A DNA stretch of 64,000 nt, from IMG/VR virus record IMGVR_UViG_3300036985_007154; one strand, written 5' to 3'. The notes under the pieces are model-generated. The model was not told the origin of the DNA, searched no databases, and was given only the letters and a program-made list of their open reading frames with translations. The position numbers and the translations under genes were made by a program. Positions 50,598 to 60,405 of this stretch are shown piece by piece; within the stretch, counting starts at the first letter, position 1; each line of letters opens with the position of its first letter. Origin of the DNA: an uncultured virus (IMG/VR IMGVR_UViG_3300036985_007154). Taxonomy: Duplodnaviria > Heunggongvirae > Uroviricota > Caudoviricetes.

Positions 50598-53024
50598 ATG
50601 ATGTCATTAAAAATCAAAAAAAGAGGGGGGGAAGGAGAGTCTTTCAACCCTCAAAAAATTTATAATAGGATTAAACGTGCTGCAAAAGGATTGAATGTTA
50701 ACTCTGATGAAATTTTTATCAAAGTTATTACGTCAGTACCTACTGAAGGAAATATAACGACTAAGGAGTTAGACAAACTTGTTTACGAGATTGCGGCTGC
50801 TTATACGGGGAGTCACTACGATTATTCAAGATTAGCATCTTCCGTTGCAATTTCTTCATACCACAAAGAAACTGACCCAAGTTTTTCAAATACAATGCAT
50901 ACGTTACATGTTGACGGTGTTGTACATGATGACCTTATGTCTATTATTGAAAAATATGGGCCAAGTAAAATTGATGAAGTAATCAATCACGAAAATGATT
51001 ACAATTTCGATTACTTCGCTTGGAGATCTTTACAGGAAATGTATTTGTTAAAAACACCTGAAGGTAAAGTAATTGAAAGACCTCAACACATGTATATGAG
51101 AGTTGCTCTATGGGTAACAAATACTTTTGAAGAGGCGATGGATTATTATGAATCTTTGTCAAGTCAACGGATTTCCAAGGCAACTCCAATCATGATTAAC
51201 TCTGGTACTAAAGTTCCTCAGTTAGCGTCTTGTGTGTTACATTATAATAACTCAGACTCAAGAGATGGATTACTAAAATCATTGAATGATATTTCAACTT
51301 ATTCTTCAGATGCTGCGGGTATTGGATTGTCGATGTCTAATATTAGAAGTAAAGAAAGTCGTATTAAATCTTCAGGGGGATTTGCAGGTGGTCTATTAAA
51401 GTACTTGAAGATTGTTAATGAATCACTAAGGTTCTTTAACCAACAGGGAAGACGACCTGGTAGTGCTGCTATCTACTTAGAACCATGGCATAAAGATATT
51501 ATGGACTTGTTGGATATCAAGAAAAATACAGGAGCAGAAGAATTAAGAGCAAGAGACTTGTTCACTGCCTTGTGGATTCCTGATAACTTTATGAGAGCGG
51601 TTAAGAACAATGAAGAATGGTACTTGTTCTGTCCTAATGATATTCTTAAAGCGGGTATTAAACCGTTACAAGAGTGTTATGGAGAGGAGTATGAGAAAAA
51701 TTATCAACTTGCAATTGATGCTGGTATTGGTAAAAAGGTAAAGGCTCAGGACATTTGGAGTAAAGTAATTGAATCTCAAGTTGAAACAGGTGTTCCATAC
51801 TTATGTGCTAAGGATAGCGCAAACAGAAAAACAAACCATCAAAATATTGGTGTCATTAAACAGTCTAACCTATGTAATGAAATTTATCAATTTACTGATG
51901 AGGAGACAACTGCAATTTGCACATTATCTTCTATTGTGTTGAAGAATTTTATTGTTGAAGGTAAATTTGATTATACACTACTAATTCATGAAGTAAGAAA
52001 GGCGGTTAGAGCGTTGAACAATGTTATCGATAAAAATAGTTATTCAACTAAAAAAGGATTAAAAGGTGGTCTTGAACAAAGAGCAATTGCAATTGGAGTC
52101 CAAGGACTGGCGGATGTTTTTTGTTTAATGGACTATTCTTTCACTTCGGATGAGGCTAAGGACTTGAACAAAAAAATATTTGAAGCGATTTATTTTGCGT
52201 CAATTACTGAAAGTAATGACTTGTGTAAGAAAGGTATTAGACACCCTTACGAATTCTTCAAAGGTTCTCCGATGTCAAAAGGTATTTTCCAATTTGATAT
52301 GTGGGGAGTTGAGTCTTCTGATTTGAGTTTGGATTGGGATACATTGAAAAAAGATGTACAAGAATTTGGAGTTTGTAATTCATTGTTTACCGCTCAGATG
52401 CCAGTTGCGTCATCTGCCAAGATTACAGGGTCTTTCGAGATGACTGAACCTGCTCACTCAGCACTCTTCAACCGAAGAGTTGTTGGTGGTGAAATTATGA
52501 TTGTGAACAAATATTTGATTAATGATTTTGAGAAGATTGGTATTTGGTCTGAAGATTTGAAGAATGAAATTATTTTGAATGAAGGTTCAATACAAAATAT
52601 TAACTTTAACCAATACCTCGATACTGAAGACAAAAACTACAACAAAAAGGTTAAAAGAATTGAACATCTAATTCCAAAATATAAAACAATTTGGGAGATA
52701 TCACAGAGAGAGTTAATTGATATGGCAGCGGACAGAGCACCATTCATTGACCAATCTCAGTCTATGAACATATATATGTCGAACCCTACGTTGTCTAAAA
52801 TTACATCATCTCACTTTCACTCGTGGGAAAAAGGTTTGAAAACATTGTGTTATTATGTAAGGACTAAAGCAATTTCAACTGGAGCTAAACACTTAGCGTT
52901 GGACTTATCAAAAACTAAGACACCAAAACCAAATGTGGAAGTTCCTAAAATTGATTATAGTAGTATGAATTTACCACCAAAACCTGAAGGAATTGAAATT
53001 GATTGTTTTGGTTGTTCTTCTTAA
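50598..53024 (+). CDS. nrdA: Ribonucleotide reductase class Ia alpha subunit with ATP cone
   Basis: 'ERPQH', 'QLASC', 'SNLCNEI', 'IDQSQS', 'YY.R', C-terminal CxxC. Confidence 0.97.
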   Translation: MMSLKIKKRGGEGESFNPQKIYNRIKRAAKGLNVNSDEIFIKVITSVPTEGNITTKELDKLVYEIAAAYTGSHYDYSRLASSVAISSYHKETDPSFSNTMHTLHVDGVVHDDLMSIIEKYGPSKIDEVINHENDYNFDYFAWRSLQEMYLLKTPEGKVIERPQHMYMRVALWVTNTFEEAMDYYESLSSQRISKATPIMINSGTKVPQLASCVLHYNNSDSRDGLLKSLNDISTYSSDAAGIGLSMSNIRSKESRIKSSGGFAGGLLKYLKIVNESLRFFNQQGRRPGSAAIYLEPWHKDIMDLLDIKKNTGAEELRARDLFTALWIPDNFMRAVKNNEEWYLFCPNDILKAGIKPLQECYGEEYEKNYQLAIDAGIGKKVKAQDIWSKVIESQVETGVPYLCAKDSANRKTNHQNIGVIKQSNLCNEIYQFTDEETTAICTLSSIVLKNFIVEGKFDYTLLIHEVRKAVRALNNVIDKNSYSTKKGLKGGLEQRAIAIGVQGLADVFCLMDYSFTSDEAKDLNKKIFEAIYFASITESNDLCKKGIRHPYEFFKGSPMSKGIFQFDMWGVESSDLSLDWDTLKKDVQEFGVCNSLFTAQMPVASSAKITGSFEMTEPAHSALFNRRVVGGEIMIVNKYLINDFEKIGIWSEDLKNEIILNEGSIQNINFNQYLDTEDKNYNKKVKRIEHLIPKYKTIWEISQRELIDMAADRAPFIDQSQSMNIYMSNPTLSKITSSHFHSWEKGLKTLCYYVRTKAISTGAKHLALDLSKTKTPKPNVEVPKIDYSSMNLPPKPEGIEIDCFGCSS

Positions 53025-53035
53025 CTAAATTAATT

Positions 53036-53061
53036 AATCCCGATATATATCGGGATTTTTT
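53036..53061 (+). terminator. Intrinsic terminator after nrdA
   Basis: Palindrome AATCCCGATATATATCGGGATT followed by a T-run. Confidence 0.75.
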
Positions 53062-53108
53062 ATTTATGGCTATTTATAAGGAAAAACAAGGGTCTTATAT
53101 TTATCTTT

Positions 53109-53579
53109 ATGGCGAATGGATTTACATATGGTATAAACTTTCCTTTCAGAGATTCAAGAAGAGGTGATTATTTAGAACTCACTCAGTTAGAATCGCAGCA
53201 AATCAAATCGGATTTGATTCACTTACTTCTAACAAGAAAAGGAAGTCGGTATTATTTACCGGATTTTGGAACTAGATTATACGAATTCTTATTTGAACCA
53301 TTCGATGGATTAACTTTTGACGCAATTCAATCAGATATCAGGGATGCGGTTCAAAATTTTATGCCGAACCTGTTATTAAATCAAATAACAATTACACCTG
53401 CGGACCCTATGGAAGAAGTTGATATCATGATTGGTGAAAATACAGTGGGGACAAGTGAGTCTCCAATTTATAGATTACCCGGTAAAGGGACTTCGGAATA
53501 TACCGCAAAAATTAGAATAGATTACTCAAACAACAGATCATCTTTTGCTCAAAGTGATTTTGTTATTATTAATATTTAA
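53109..53579 (+). CDS. Baseplate wedge protein (gp25/GpW-like)
   Basis: 'GINFPF', 'LLLTRKGSR...PDFGTRL..FLFEP'. Confidence 0.88.
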   Translation: MANGFTYGINFPFRDSRRGDYLELTQLESQQIKSDLIHLLLTRKGSRYYLPDFGTRLYEFLFEPFDGLTFDAIQSDIRDAVQNFMPNLLLNQITITPADPMEEVDIMIGENTVGTSESPIYRLPGKGTSEYTAKIRIDYSNNRSSFAQSDFVIINI

Positions 53580-53584
53580 TATAG

Positions 53585-55423
53585 ATGGCAAATCGTAAAA
53601 TTTCATATACAACCAGAGATTATCAAGGAATAAGAACTGAGTTATTAAATTATGTGAGAACATATTATCCTGAGCTAATTCAGGATTTTAATGACGCGTC
53701 TGTATTCTCAGTATTTTTGGACTTGAATGCAGCGGTTGCGGATAATTTACATTATCATATTGATAGAAGTATTCAAGAGACAGTTCTTCAATACGCACAA
53801 CAGAGATCTTCAATATATAATATTGCCAGAACTTATGGATTAAAACTGCCTGGACAAAGACCATCAGTTTCGCTAGTCGATTTTTCAATTACAGTACCTG
53901 CCTTTGGAGACCAAGAAGACGCAAGATATCTCGGAACTTTGGCGAGAGGATCTCAAGTATCAGGTGCTGGTATCATATTTGAAAACATATATGACGTTGA
54001 TTTCACATCACCATACAATGCTCAAGGATTTCCTAACAGATTAAAAATACCTAACTTCAACGCAAATAATGTTTTGGTTAATTATACTATTACCAAAAGA
54101 GAATTAGTTGTTAATGGTATTACTAAAGTTTTTAAAAGAGTTATTACGCCAAACGATGTAAAACCATTTTTTGAATTGTTTTTACCTGAAAAAAATGTAT
54201 TGGGTATCACAAGTGTACTACTTAAGAGTGGTACTGCTTACACCAATATACCTACAACTTCAGAATTTTTAGGAGTTTCTAACAAATGGTATGAGGTGGA
54301 TGCTCTTGCAGAAGATAGAGTTTTTATTGAAGACCCTACAAAAGTATCTGACCAACCTGGCATTAAAGTCGGTAGATATATTCAAACTCAGAACAGATTT
54401 ATAAGTGAATATACTCCCGAAGGATTTAAGAAATTAACTTTTGGTGGAGGCACCAATACTGCTCAAGATGCTTTGAATCAATTTACAACATTAGGAGCAA
54501 CAATAGACTTACAAAGATATTCAAACAATTTATCTTTAGGTTCGGCCCTAACACCCAACTCAACTCTTTTTGTTCAATATCGAGTTGGTGGTGGATTAGG
54601 TACTAACTTAGGAACAAATGTTATTACTCAAATCGGTACGGTGTCTTTCTTTGTTAATGGGCCATCTGAACTTACAAATTCATCGGTAGTTAATTCTTTA
54701 AGATGTAATAACGTTACTGCAGCAATTGGTGGGGCGGGTTTACCTTCTTTGGAAGAAATTAGAAATTACGTTTCGTTTAACTTCTCAGCACAGAAAAGAG
54801 CCGTTACAGTTCAAGATTATGAATCTATTATCAGGAATATGCCATCAGAGTTTGGTGCACCTGCAAAAGTTTCCGTTACAGAAAATAACAATAAAATTTT
54901 AATTCAATTGTTATCTTATGATACTTCAGGGAAATTGACAAACATTGTTTCTAATACTTTGAAACAGAATGTTGCGACTTATCTGTCGAACTATAGGATG
55001 ATGAATGATTACATATCCATTTTTACTGCAGAGGTTATTGACTTAAGTGTCGAAGTGTCAATTGTGTTAACTTCAGCGCAAAACTCAGGACAAGTTATCG
55101 CAGATGTTGTAGATAGAATTTCAACTTACTTCAATCCACAGGTAAGAGAATTGGGACAAAATGTTTATTTGTCTGAAATACAGAGTATTGTACAAAACCA
55201 AAATGGTGTTCTTACTGTTGCAGGAATAAAAGTTTTCAATAATGTAGGGGGTCAGTATTCTTCGGCAGAAACATCTATGCAATATTCCGATCCTGAAACA
55301 AGACAAATTGCGCCAGTTGCTGATACAATTTTCGCGCAACCTTCCCAAGTATATCAAATAAGATATCCAAGTAAGGATATTAAAGTTTCAGTAGTAAACT
55401 TCCAATCCACTACATTCTCTTAA
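53585..55423 (+). CDS. Baseplate wedge protein (gp6/baseplate J-like)
   Basis: 'RDYQGIR.EL', 'AQQRSSIYNIA...G', 'YRVGGG', 'AQKRAVTVQDY'. Confidence 0.88.
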   Translation: MANRKISYTTRDYQGIRTELLNYVRTYYPELIQDFNDASVFSVFLDLNAAVADNLHYHIDRSIQETVLQYAQQRSSIYNIARTYGLKLPGQRPSVSLVDFSITVPAFGDQEDARYLGTLARGSQVSGAGIIFENIYDVDFTSPYNAQGFPNRLKIPNFNANNVLVNYTITKRELVVNGITKVFKRVITPNDVKPFFELFLPEKNVLGITSVLLKSGTAYTNIPTTSEFLGVSNKWYEVDALAEDRVFIEDPTKVSDQPGIKVGRYIQTQNRFISEYTPEGFKKLTFGGGTNTAQDALNQFTTLGATIDLQRYSNNLSLGSALTPNSTLFVQYRVGGGLGTNLGTNVITQIGTVSFFVNGPSELTNSSVVNSLRCNNVTAAIGGAGLPSLEEIRNYVSFNFSAQKRAVTVQDYESIIRNMPSEFGAPAKVSVTENNNKILIQLLSYDTSGKLTNIVSNTLKQNVATYLSNYRMMNDYISIFTAEVIDLSVEVSIVLTSAQNSGQVIADVVDRISTYFNPQVRELGQNVYLSEIQSIVQNQNGVLTVAGIKVFNNVGGQYSSAETSMQYSDPETRQIAPVADTIFAQPSQVYQIRYPSKDIKVSVVNFQSTTFS

Positions 55424-55521
55424 TAGGTTTATTATCCTAATCTTTGGTTTATAATTTACAATGTGTGTCTATTTGATTTTTAAAAATTACACATAAACTA
55501 TTTATAAACTAAAGATATTAC

Positions 55522-58500
55522 ATGGGTGATTCATATAGAATTAGAACCGAACTTGGTATTAACAAATCAATTAACGTACAGTTAGACCAAGAGTTTGAGT
55601 TCTTAGAAATTTTATCTCTTAAAATACAACAAACAGATATCTACACAAGAAGTTGTGCGGATTATGGTGTTTTAGTTGGTAGAGTCACCGCAAACAATGG
55701 ATTTGGAGTACCAAACGCTAGAGTTTCTATATTCATACCTATTGAACAGGTTGATGAATCTAATCCAATAATTACAAGTATCTATCCATACAAATCACCA
55801 AGTGACAAAAATAATGATGGGTACCGATACAATCTATTACCATATACTCCTTCTTATTCAAAACATGCTGCGACTGGAACATTGCCCACAAAATCTGATG
55901 TTCTAACAGGAAGCACTGCCGTAGAAATCTACGACAAGTATTATAAGTTTACAACAAAAACTAATGATAGTGGGGACTATATGATTATGGGGGTTCCATT
56001 GGGAGAACAAACCATAGTCATGGATGTAGACCTTTCAGATATAGGTGAGTTCTCCTTAACACCACAAGATTTAATAAGAATAGGTTTAGCCACAGAAGCA
56101 CAAGTTGCGGGTAATCAGTTCAGAACTTCTAATGATTTGAATTCTTTGCCACAAATCATCAACCTTACAAAAAGTGCAGAAATTTCACCACTTTGGGGAG
56201 ACCCTGAAATATGTGATATATCAATCAATAGATTAGATTTTGATTTACGAGATGAGGCAAACGTAGACATTCAACCAACTTCGGTTTTTATGGGGTCAAT
56301 GTTTTCTTCACCTGATAAATTCAGAATAAGGAGAGGATGTAAGCCCAAAGATAATATGGGCAATTTGTGTGGACTTACTTCCGCACCTGGTCAAATATTA
56401 GCGATAAGACAAACAATACAACAAGATGAAGATGGTAATCCTGTATTAGAAGTTCATGAGTTAGAACAAGCGGGCAATGTAATTGATGGAGATGGAACTT
56501 GGTTAACAGAATTACCAATGAATTTGGACTATGTTGTAACAAATGAATTTGGGGAAAGAGTTTTATCAAACGATTCGACTGTTGGAATTCCAAGTAAAGC
56601 CAAGTATAGATTCAAAGTTAAATGGTCACAGGCTAACGATTTAACAATGCAAACTAGAAGACCAAGTTATTTGGTACCCAATGTTAAAGAATATGGTTGG
56701 GAGAATTCCACAACAGATCCGACCAATTCAACAATCCAAACAAGAAAAAATCTTCAAGAAAGTTCATATTATTTTGGTTTGGCTTGGAGTGGATATACAA
56801 ATGGGTTTACAGGATCAGAACAGATAGATAGGTTAGATGAAATAATTGACTGTGAAGACACTTTTTATGAATTTCAATTCAATAGAGTTTATACTGTATC
56901 ATCATTAATTGACCAATATAAAAAAGGAGGGAGAGGTAGATTTATTGGGATTAAAGAAATTGATGATGACAGTTGTGATAGTACTATTAATAAGTTTCCT
57001 GTTAATGATGGGTTCAAAAACTTTGATTTATTATACTTCTTATTTTCTATACTATTCACGGTAATTCAGTTTGTTGGGTTAGTATTATTGATAGTCGCTC
57101 ACTTACTTTTGTTTCTCTACACAATTACAATTCAAGCACTTTGTGATTTGTGTAGAGTAAAACTTCTTGGGGGTAGACCCTTCCAATTTATTTGTAATGG
57201 ATTGAGACTAAAATGTGAGACGAAAGATTTCACAATAAGACTTCCGATGATAACTTATCCTGATTGTCAATCTTGTTCATGTAATGAGGCTCAGGTGGAT
57301 TCCAAAGCATTACTCGGTGGGACTAATGGAGTTTTATCTTATGTTTCATTTCCACCAAATTATATTGAAGGATTAGAGTCTATTTTTGGAGCTGATGGTA
57401 CTCCATCTGATGATGTACAAATAAAGTCAACAATTTTCGCACAGGCTATTGCGGGAAATAATGATGATGTTGCAGATTTGAATGTTTTCAAAACACCAAA
57501 ATCGTCGGTAGTTAGATTTTTGTCAGACGAATCTGATGAAAGAAAACATTTCGCTTTTTCTGAAAGTTTAACTATTGGAGAACGTATAAACATATTCAAT
57601 ACAAGACCTTCGTATTTTGACAACTTGAATAAAATAAAAGTAACTTTTGCAAAAGATTCAAACTTTGGCAAATTTCACTTTGACAATACAATAACAGTAT
57701 TATCCAATCAGTTTTACGAATCAGGGCAATTATTAACTTCAGTAAATCCTGCGACCACAACAGATAGAAATTTTTTATATACTGCTCAAACTGAAAATAC
57801 TATTGTTAATGGAATTACTGGAACTACAATCCAACAAGCAACCTCAATCAATGTAAGTTATGCGGTTACTCAAACGACTGACCAAACTGTTTTATATACA
57901 TTACCTACAGGTAGTACTATAACAAGACAAGTTTATCCGCAAGACAGAGAATATTATCAAGTGGTTACTGCGATTACAGTTGCAGATGCTGCCAAGATAT
58001 GGAATATAGAAACTTTGGAAACTTTTCCAAATGCAATTGCATCCCCGACACGAGTAATTTTAGCTAAACAAAGGAAGGTTCTCGGAGTTGGTGCAGGATA
58101 TTCGAGGAATGAAGATGATTTTCTAATAAGTCCATTGGATGTTTTTTCCGACATTGAAGACCAATTCATTCTGATTTTACAAAGGGGAGTTGACCCATAT
58201 TCTCCGAAATATAATAATCAATATTCATTGGGGGCAATATTTGGTAAAAATATTGATGATATTGATTTGGTAATTACTGCTCAAACAAGAGTTAATATTC
58301 CAATTCAAAAATTAAAACAAACTAATATATCTGTTCAACCATTTAATCAGAATGGTATGTTTTATTCTTCTTATTTTTTTACACCTGGTAGTAATTTTTC
58401 AGGATTTACAACTTCTACTGTGGGTTATTATGGAAGTATCGATGCGAACTCTGACATAAATAGACTAAACGATCAGAATATGGGAGGAGTAACTGCTATG

Positions 58501-60405
58501 GTTACTAAAACTAACAATGATTTTTATTCTATAAATCAAAATGCGGCAAAATACGATGAATCCGAGGATGTTTCTGGAGCTTCTTATATTTTTTCTAACA
58601 TAACTGCATTTTCTTTGTCTCCATTATCGGCATTAATATTATCACCATTAGTTTGGTTTCCTACTGGGTTTGTGATAGTCTCATCTATTGGACTCTTGAA
58701 TCCTTTCACACTTGGTTTAGCGGCAATAGGGGTTCTTGCTCAGGCAATTGCATCGTTTACTTTTAACTACAAAGATTTGAAATATGAATACTTCACACCG
58801 AATGCGTATCCTTCTTTGTCGGCAAACCCTATGTCAATTTCATCTAAATTCATTAATGTGATGAGAACCGATCGATTACCATCATCGGACGCTCTTAATG
58901 GAAGTTCATGGCAAACAAATCCAGCTCTGTTACAACAAAACAATAATTTTGTTTTTTATGAAATTCCAGAATTAGATGCGTCAGTAGGTTTACCACCATA
59001 TAGTTTAGGTGCTGAAATCCCTTTTGCTGATGTCGAAGGTTTACCAAATGGTATAACTGTATTATCATCTTTCAATTGTGAAAATATGGTCGGGCTGGAT
59101 TGCTATCAAGGATTTGGAAATAACTTTCAAGTTAATCAAGAGTGTACTACAAAAGATGCTGTTGAAAAAGGATGTTATATGTTTTTACGAAGACCATTAG
59201 CAGATTTAGGTAAAGATATTAATAACTTCAACGAGTGGGGATATAGATTTAGATTTTTTTATGGTCTGTGTAGAGGAGTACTTGCCCAATCATTTATGAA
59301 CAATTGGATTAATGGTTCATTATATTTCTTTCCCATACAAGTTGATACTTTTTATAATAAGCAAAATAAAATCAGCCAAGTACGATTCTGTGAAGATGTA
59401 GTGTATTATAATCGGGATAGTAACAACTTCTATTATAGAAGTAGTCCATACAATTTTACAACAAACAAATTTGTTGGAAAAATAGTAGATAAACAAGAGG
59501 GAGGTATTAATGATTTGAACTTATTATACCCTACCACTATTATAAATTTAGGAATGAAAGATTATTTTTATTCTGAAATAACTTTTGACCCTACAACTCG
59601 AGGATTTATATTACCTAACATAAATCCAACAAGTTATGGGGACACTTCTGATTTGATTAATTTGTTTGTAATATCAAGAATTACAGATGAAAATTTCTTA
59701 GAACAATTGATTCCTTTAGGGGATAATTCCATCAATCAGTTGTTTTCGAGAGGAAACGAATATTATGATATTAAAAATAGAAGAATAGATGGCGACCTTG
59801 CTCAACTGTTGTCAATTAATAGTGAAATTGGTAATATCAATTTTTCACCAGAATATTATGATATTCTGTCTGGTGATACTAATTCCCCAACACAAATTTT
59901 AGGGACAGCAAGTGATCCAACAATTGCGGTTTGGTTTTCATCTACTACGGAAGATTTACAAACTAAAGATTACTTGACACCTGGTAGAATAAATTTCAGA
60001 GGAACTGATGATATAGGTTATTATCCGTACCCTTATAGTATAACATCACAGGTGGTTCCTTTCTACCAGTGGAACTTAAAAAACACTAATCTTATTTTCG
60101 GTAATCAATATAATGACTGGGCGACAGCATCTTCCGATATTGTGCAAAATGTAAGATATCAGTCTTTAGATAGATATGCATCTGATACTCCGTATTTTTG
60201 GAGTAACAATTCAGAATCTAATGATTTGAACGCACGCGGATATATTTTCAATGTCAATGGAACAGTAGGCGATGGTCAATACATTGCAACGGGAGCATTG
60301 AAACAAAAATTTGTGGTTGGTGCACCATTCCAATTTTATTTTGGAACTATTGTTGGGCAAACCGCTTTGGATAAATTCAAAACAAAGTATTCTGTAGATG
60401 AATAA
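55522..60405 (+). CDS. 1627-aa putative structural protein with an N-terminal beta-sandwich and two hydrophobic segments
   Basis: 'GVLVGRV...GVPNARVSI' and 'TNDSGDYMI.GVP.G' resemble a carboxypeptidase-regulatory-like fold; TATTTATA at 55499-55506. Confidence 0.6.
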   Translation: MGDSYRIRTELGINKSINVQLDQEFEFLEILSLKIQQTDIYTRSCADYGVLVGRVTANNGFGVPNARVSIFIPIEQVDESNPIITSIYPYKSPSDKNNDGYRYNLLPYTPSYSKHAATGTLPTKSDVLTGSTAVEIYDKYYKFTTKTNDSGDYMIMGVPLGEQTIVMDVDLSDIGEFSLTPQDLIRIGLATEAQVAGNQFRTSNDLNSLPQIINLTKSAEISPLWGDPEICDISINRLDFDLRDEANVDIQPTSVFMGSMFSSPDKFRIRRGCKPKDNMGNLCGLTSAPGQILAIRQTIQQDEDGNPVLEVHELEQAGNVIDGDGTWLTELPMNLDYVVTNEFGERVLSNDSTVGIPSKAKYRFKVKWSQANDLTMQTRRPSYLVPNVKEYGWENSTTDPTNSTIQTRKNLQESSYYFGLAWSGYTNGFTGSEQIDRLDEIIDCEDTFYEFQFNRVYTVSSLIDQYKKGGRGRFIGIKEIDDDSCDSTINKFPVNDGFKNFDLLYFLFSILFTVIQFVGLVLLIVAHLLLFLYTITIQALCDLCRVKLLGGRPFQFICNGLRLKCETKDFTIRLPMITYPDCQSCSCNEAQVDSKALLGGTNGVLSYVSFPPNYIEGLESIFGADGTPSDDVQIKSTIFAQAIAGNNDDVADLNVFKTPKSSVVRFLSDESDERKHFAFSESLTIGERINIFNTRPSYFDNLNKIKVTFAKDSNFGKFHFDNTITVLSNQFYESGQLLTSVNPATTTDRNFLYTAQTENTIVNGITGTTIQQATSINVSYAVTQTTDQTVLYTLPTGSTITRQVYPQDREYYQVVTAITVADAAKIWNIETLETFPNAIASPTRVILAKQRKVLGVGAGYSRNEDDFLISPLDVFSDIEDQFILILQRGVDPYSPKYNNQYSLGAIFGKNIDDIDLVITAQTRVNIPIQKLKQTNISVQPFNQNGMFYSSYFFTPGSNFSGFTTSTVGYYGSIDANSDINRLNDQNMGGVTAMVTKTNNDFYSINQNAAKYDESEDVSGASYIFSNITAFSLSPLSALILSPLVWFPTGFVIVSSIGLLNPFTLGLAAIGVLAQAIASFTFNYKDLKYEYFTPNAYPSLSANPMSISSKFINVMRTDRLPSSDALNGSSWQTNPALLQQNNNFVFYEIPELDASVGLPPYSLGAEIPFADVEGLPNGITVLSSFNCENMVGLDCYQGFGNNFQVNQECTTKDAVEKGCYMFLRRPLADLGKDINNFNEWGYRFRFFYGLCRGVLAQSFMNNWINGSLYFFPIQVDTFYNKQNKISQVRFCEDVVYYNRDSNNFYYRSSPYNFTTNKFVGKIVDKQEGGINDLNLLYPTTIINLGMKDYFYSEITFDPTTRGFILPNINPTSYGDTSDLINLFVISRITDENFLEQLIPLGDNSINQLFSRGNEYYDIKNRRIDGDLAQLLSINSEIGNINFSPEYYDILSGDTNSPTQILGTASDPTIAVWFSSTTEDLQTKDYLTPGRINFRGTDDIGYYPYPYSITSQVVPFYQWNLKNTNLIFGNQYNDWATASSDIVQNVRYQSLDRYASDTPYFWSNNSESNDLNARGYIFNVNGTVGDGQYIATGALKQKFVVGAPFQFYFGTIVGQTALDKFKTKYSVDE

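Noticed and set aside
50623..50631. G-run near the nrdA start as a phase-variation tract
   Set aside because: Short, encodes an in-frame RGGE, and the frame is intact.
11152..53024. Inteins or introns in the polymerase, helicases, recombinase or RNR
   Set aside because: The ORFs are continuous, of ordinary length, and show no intein or homing endonuclease motifs.
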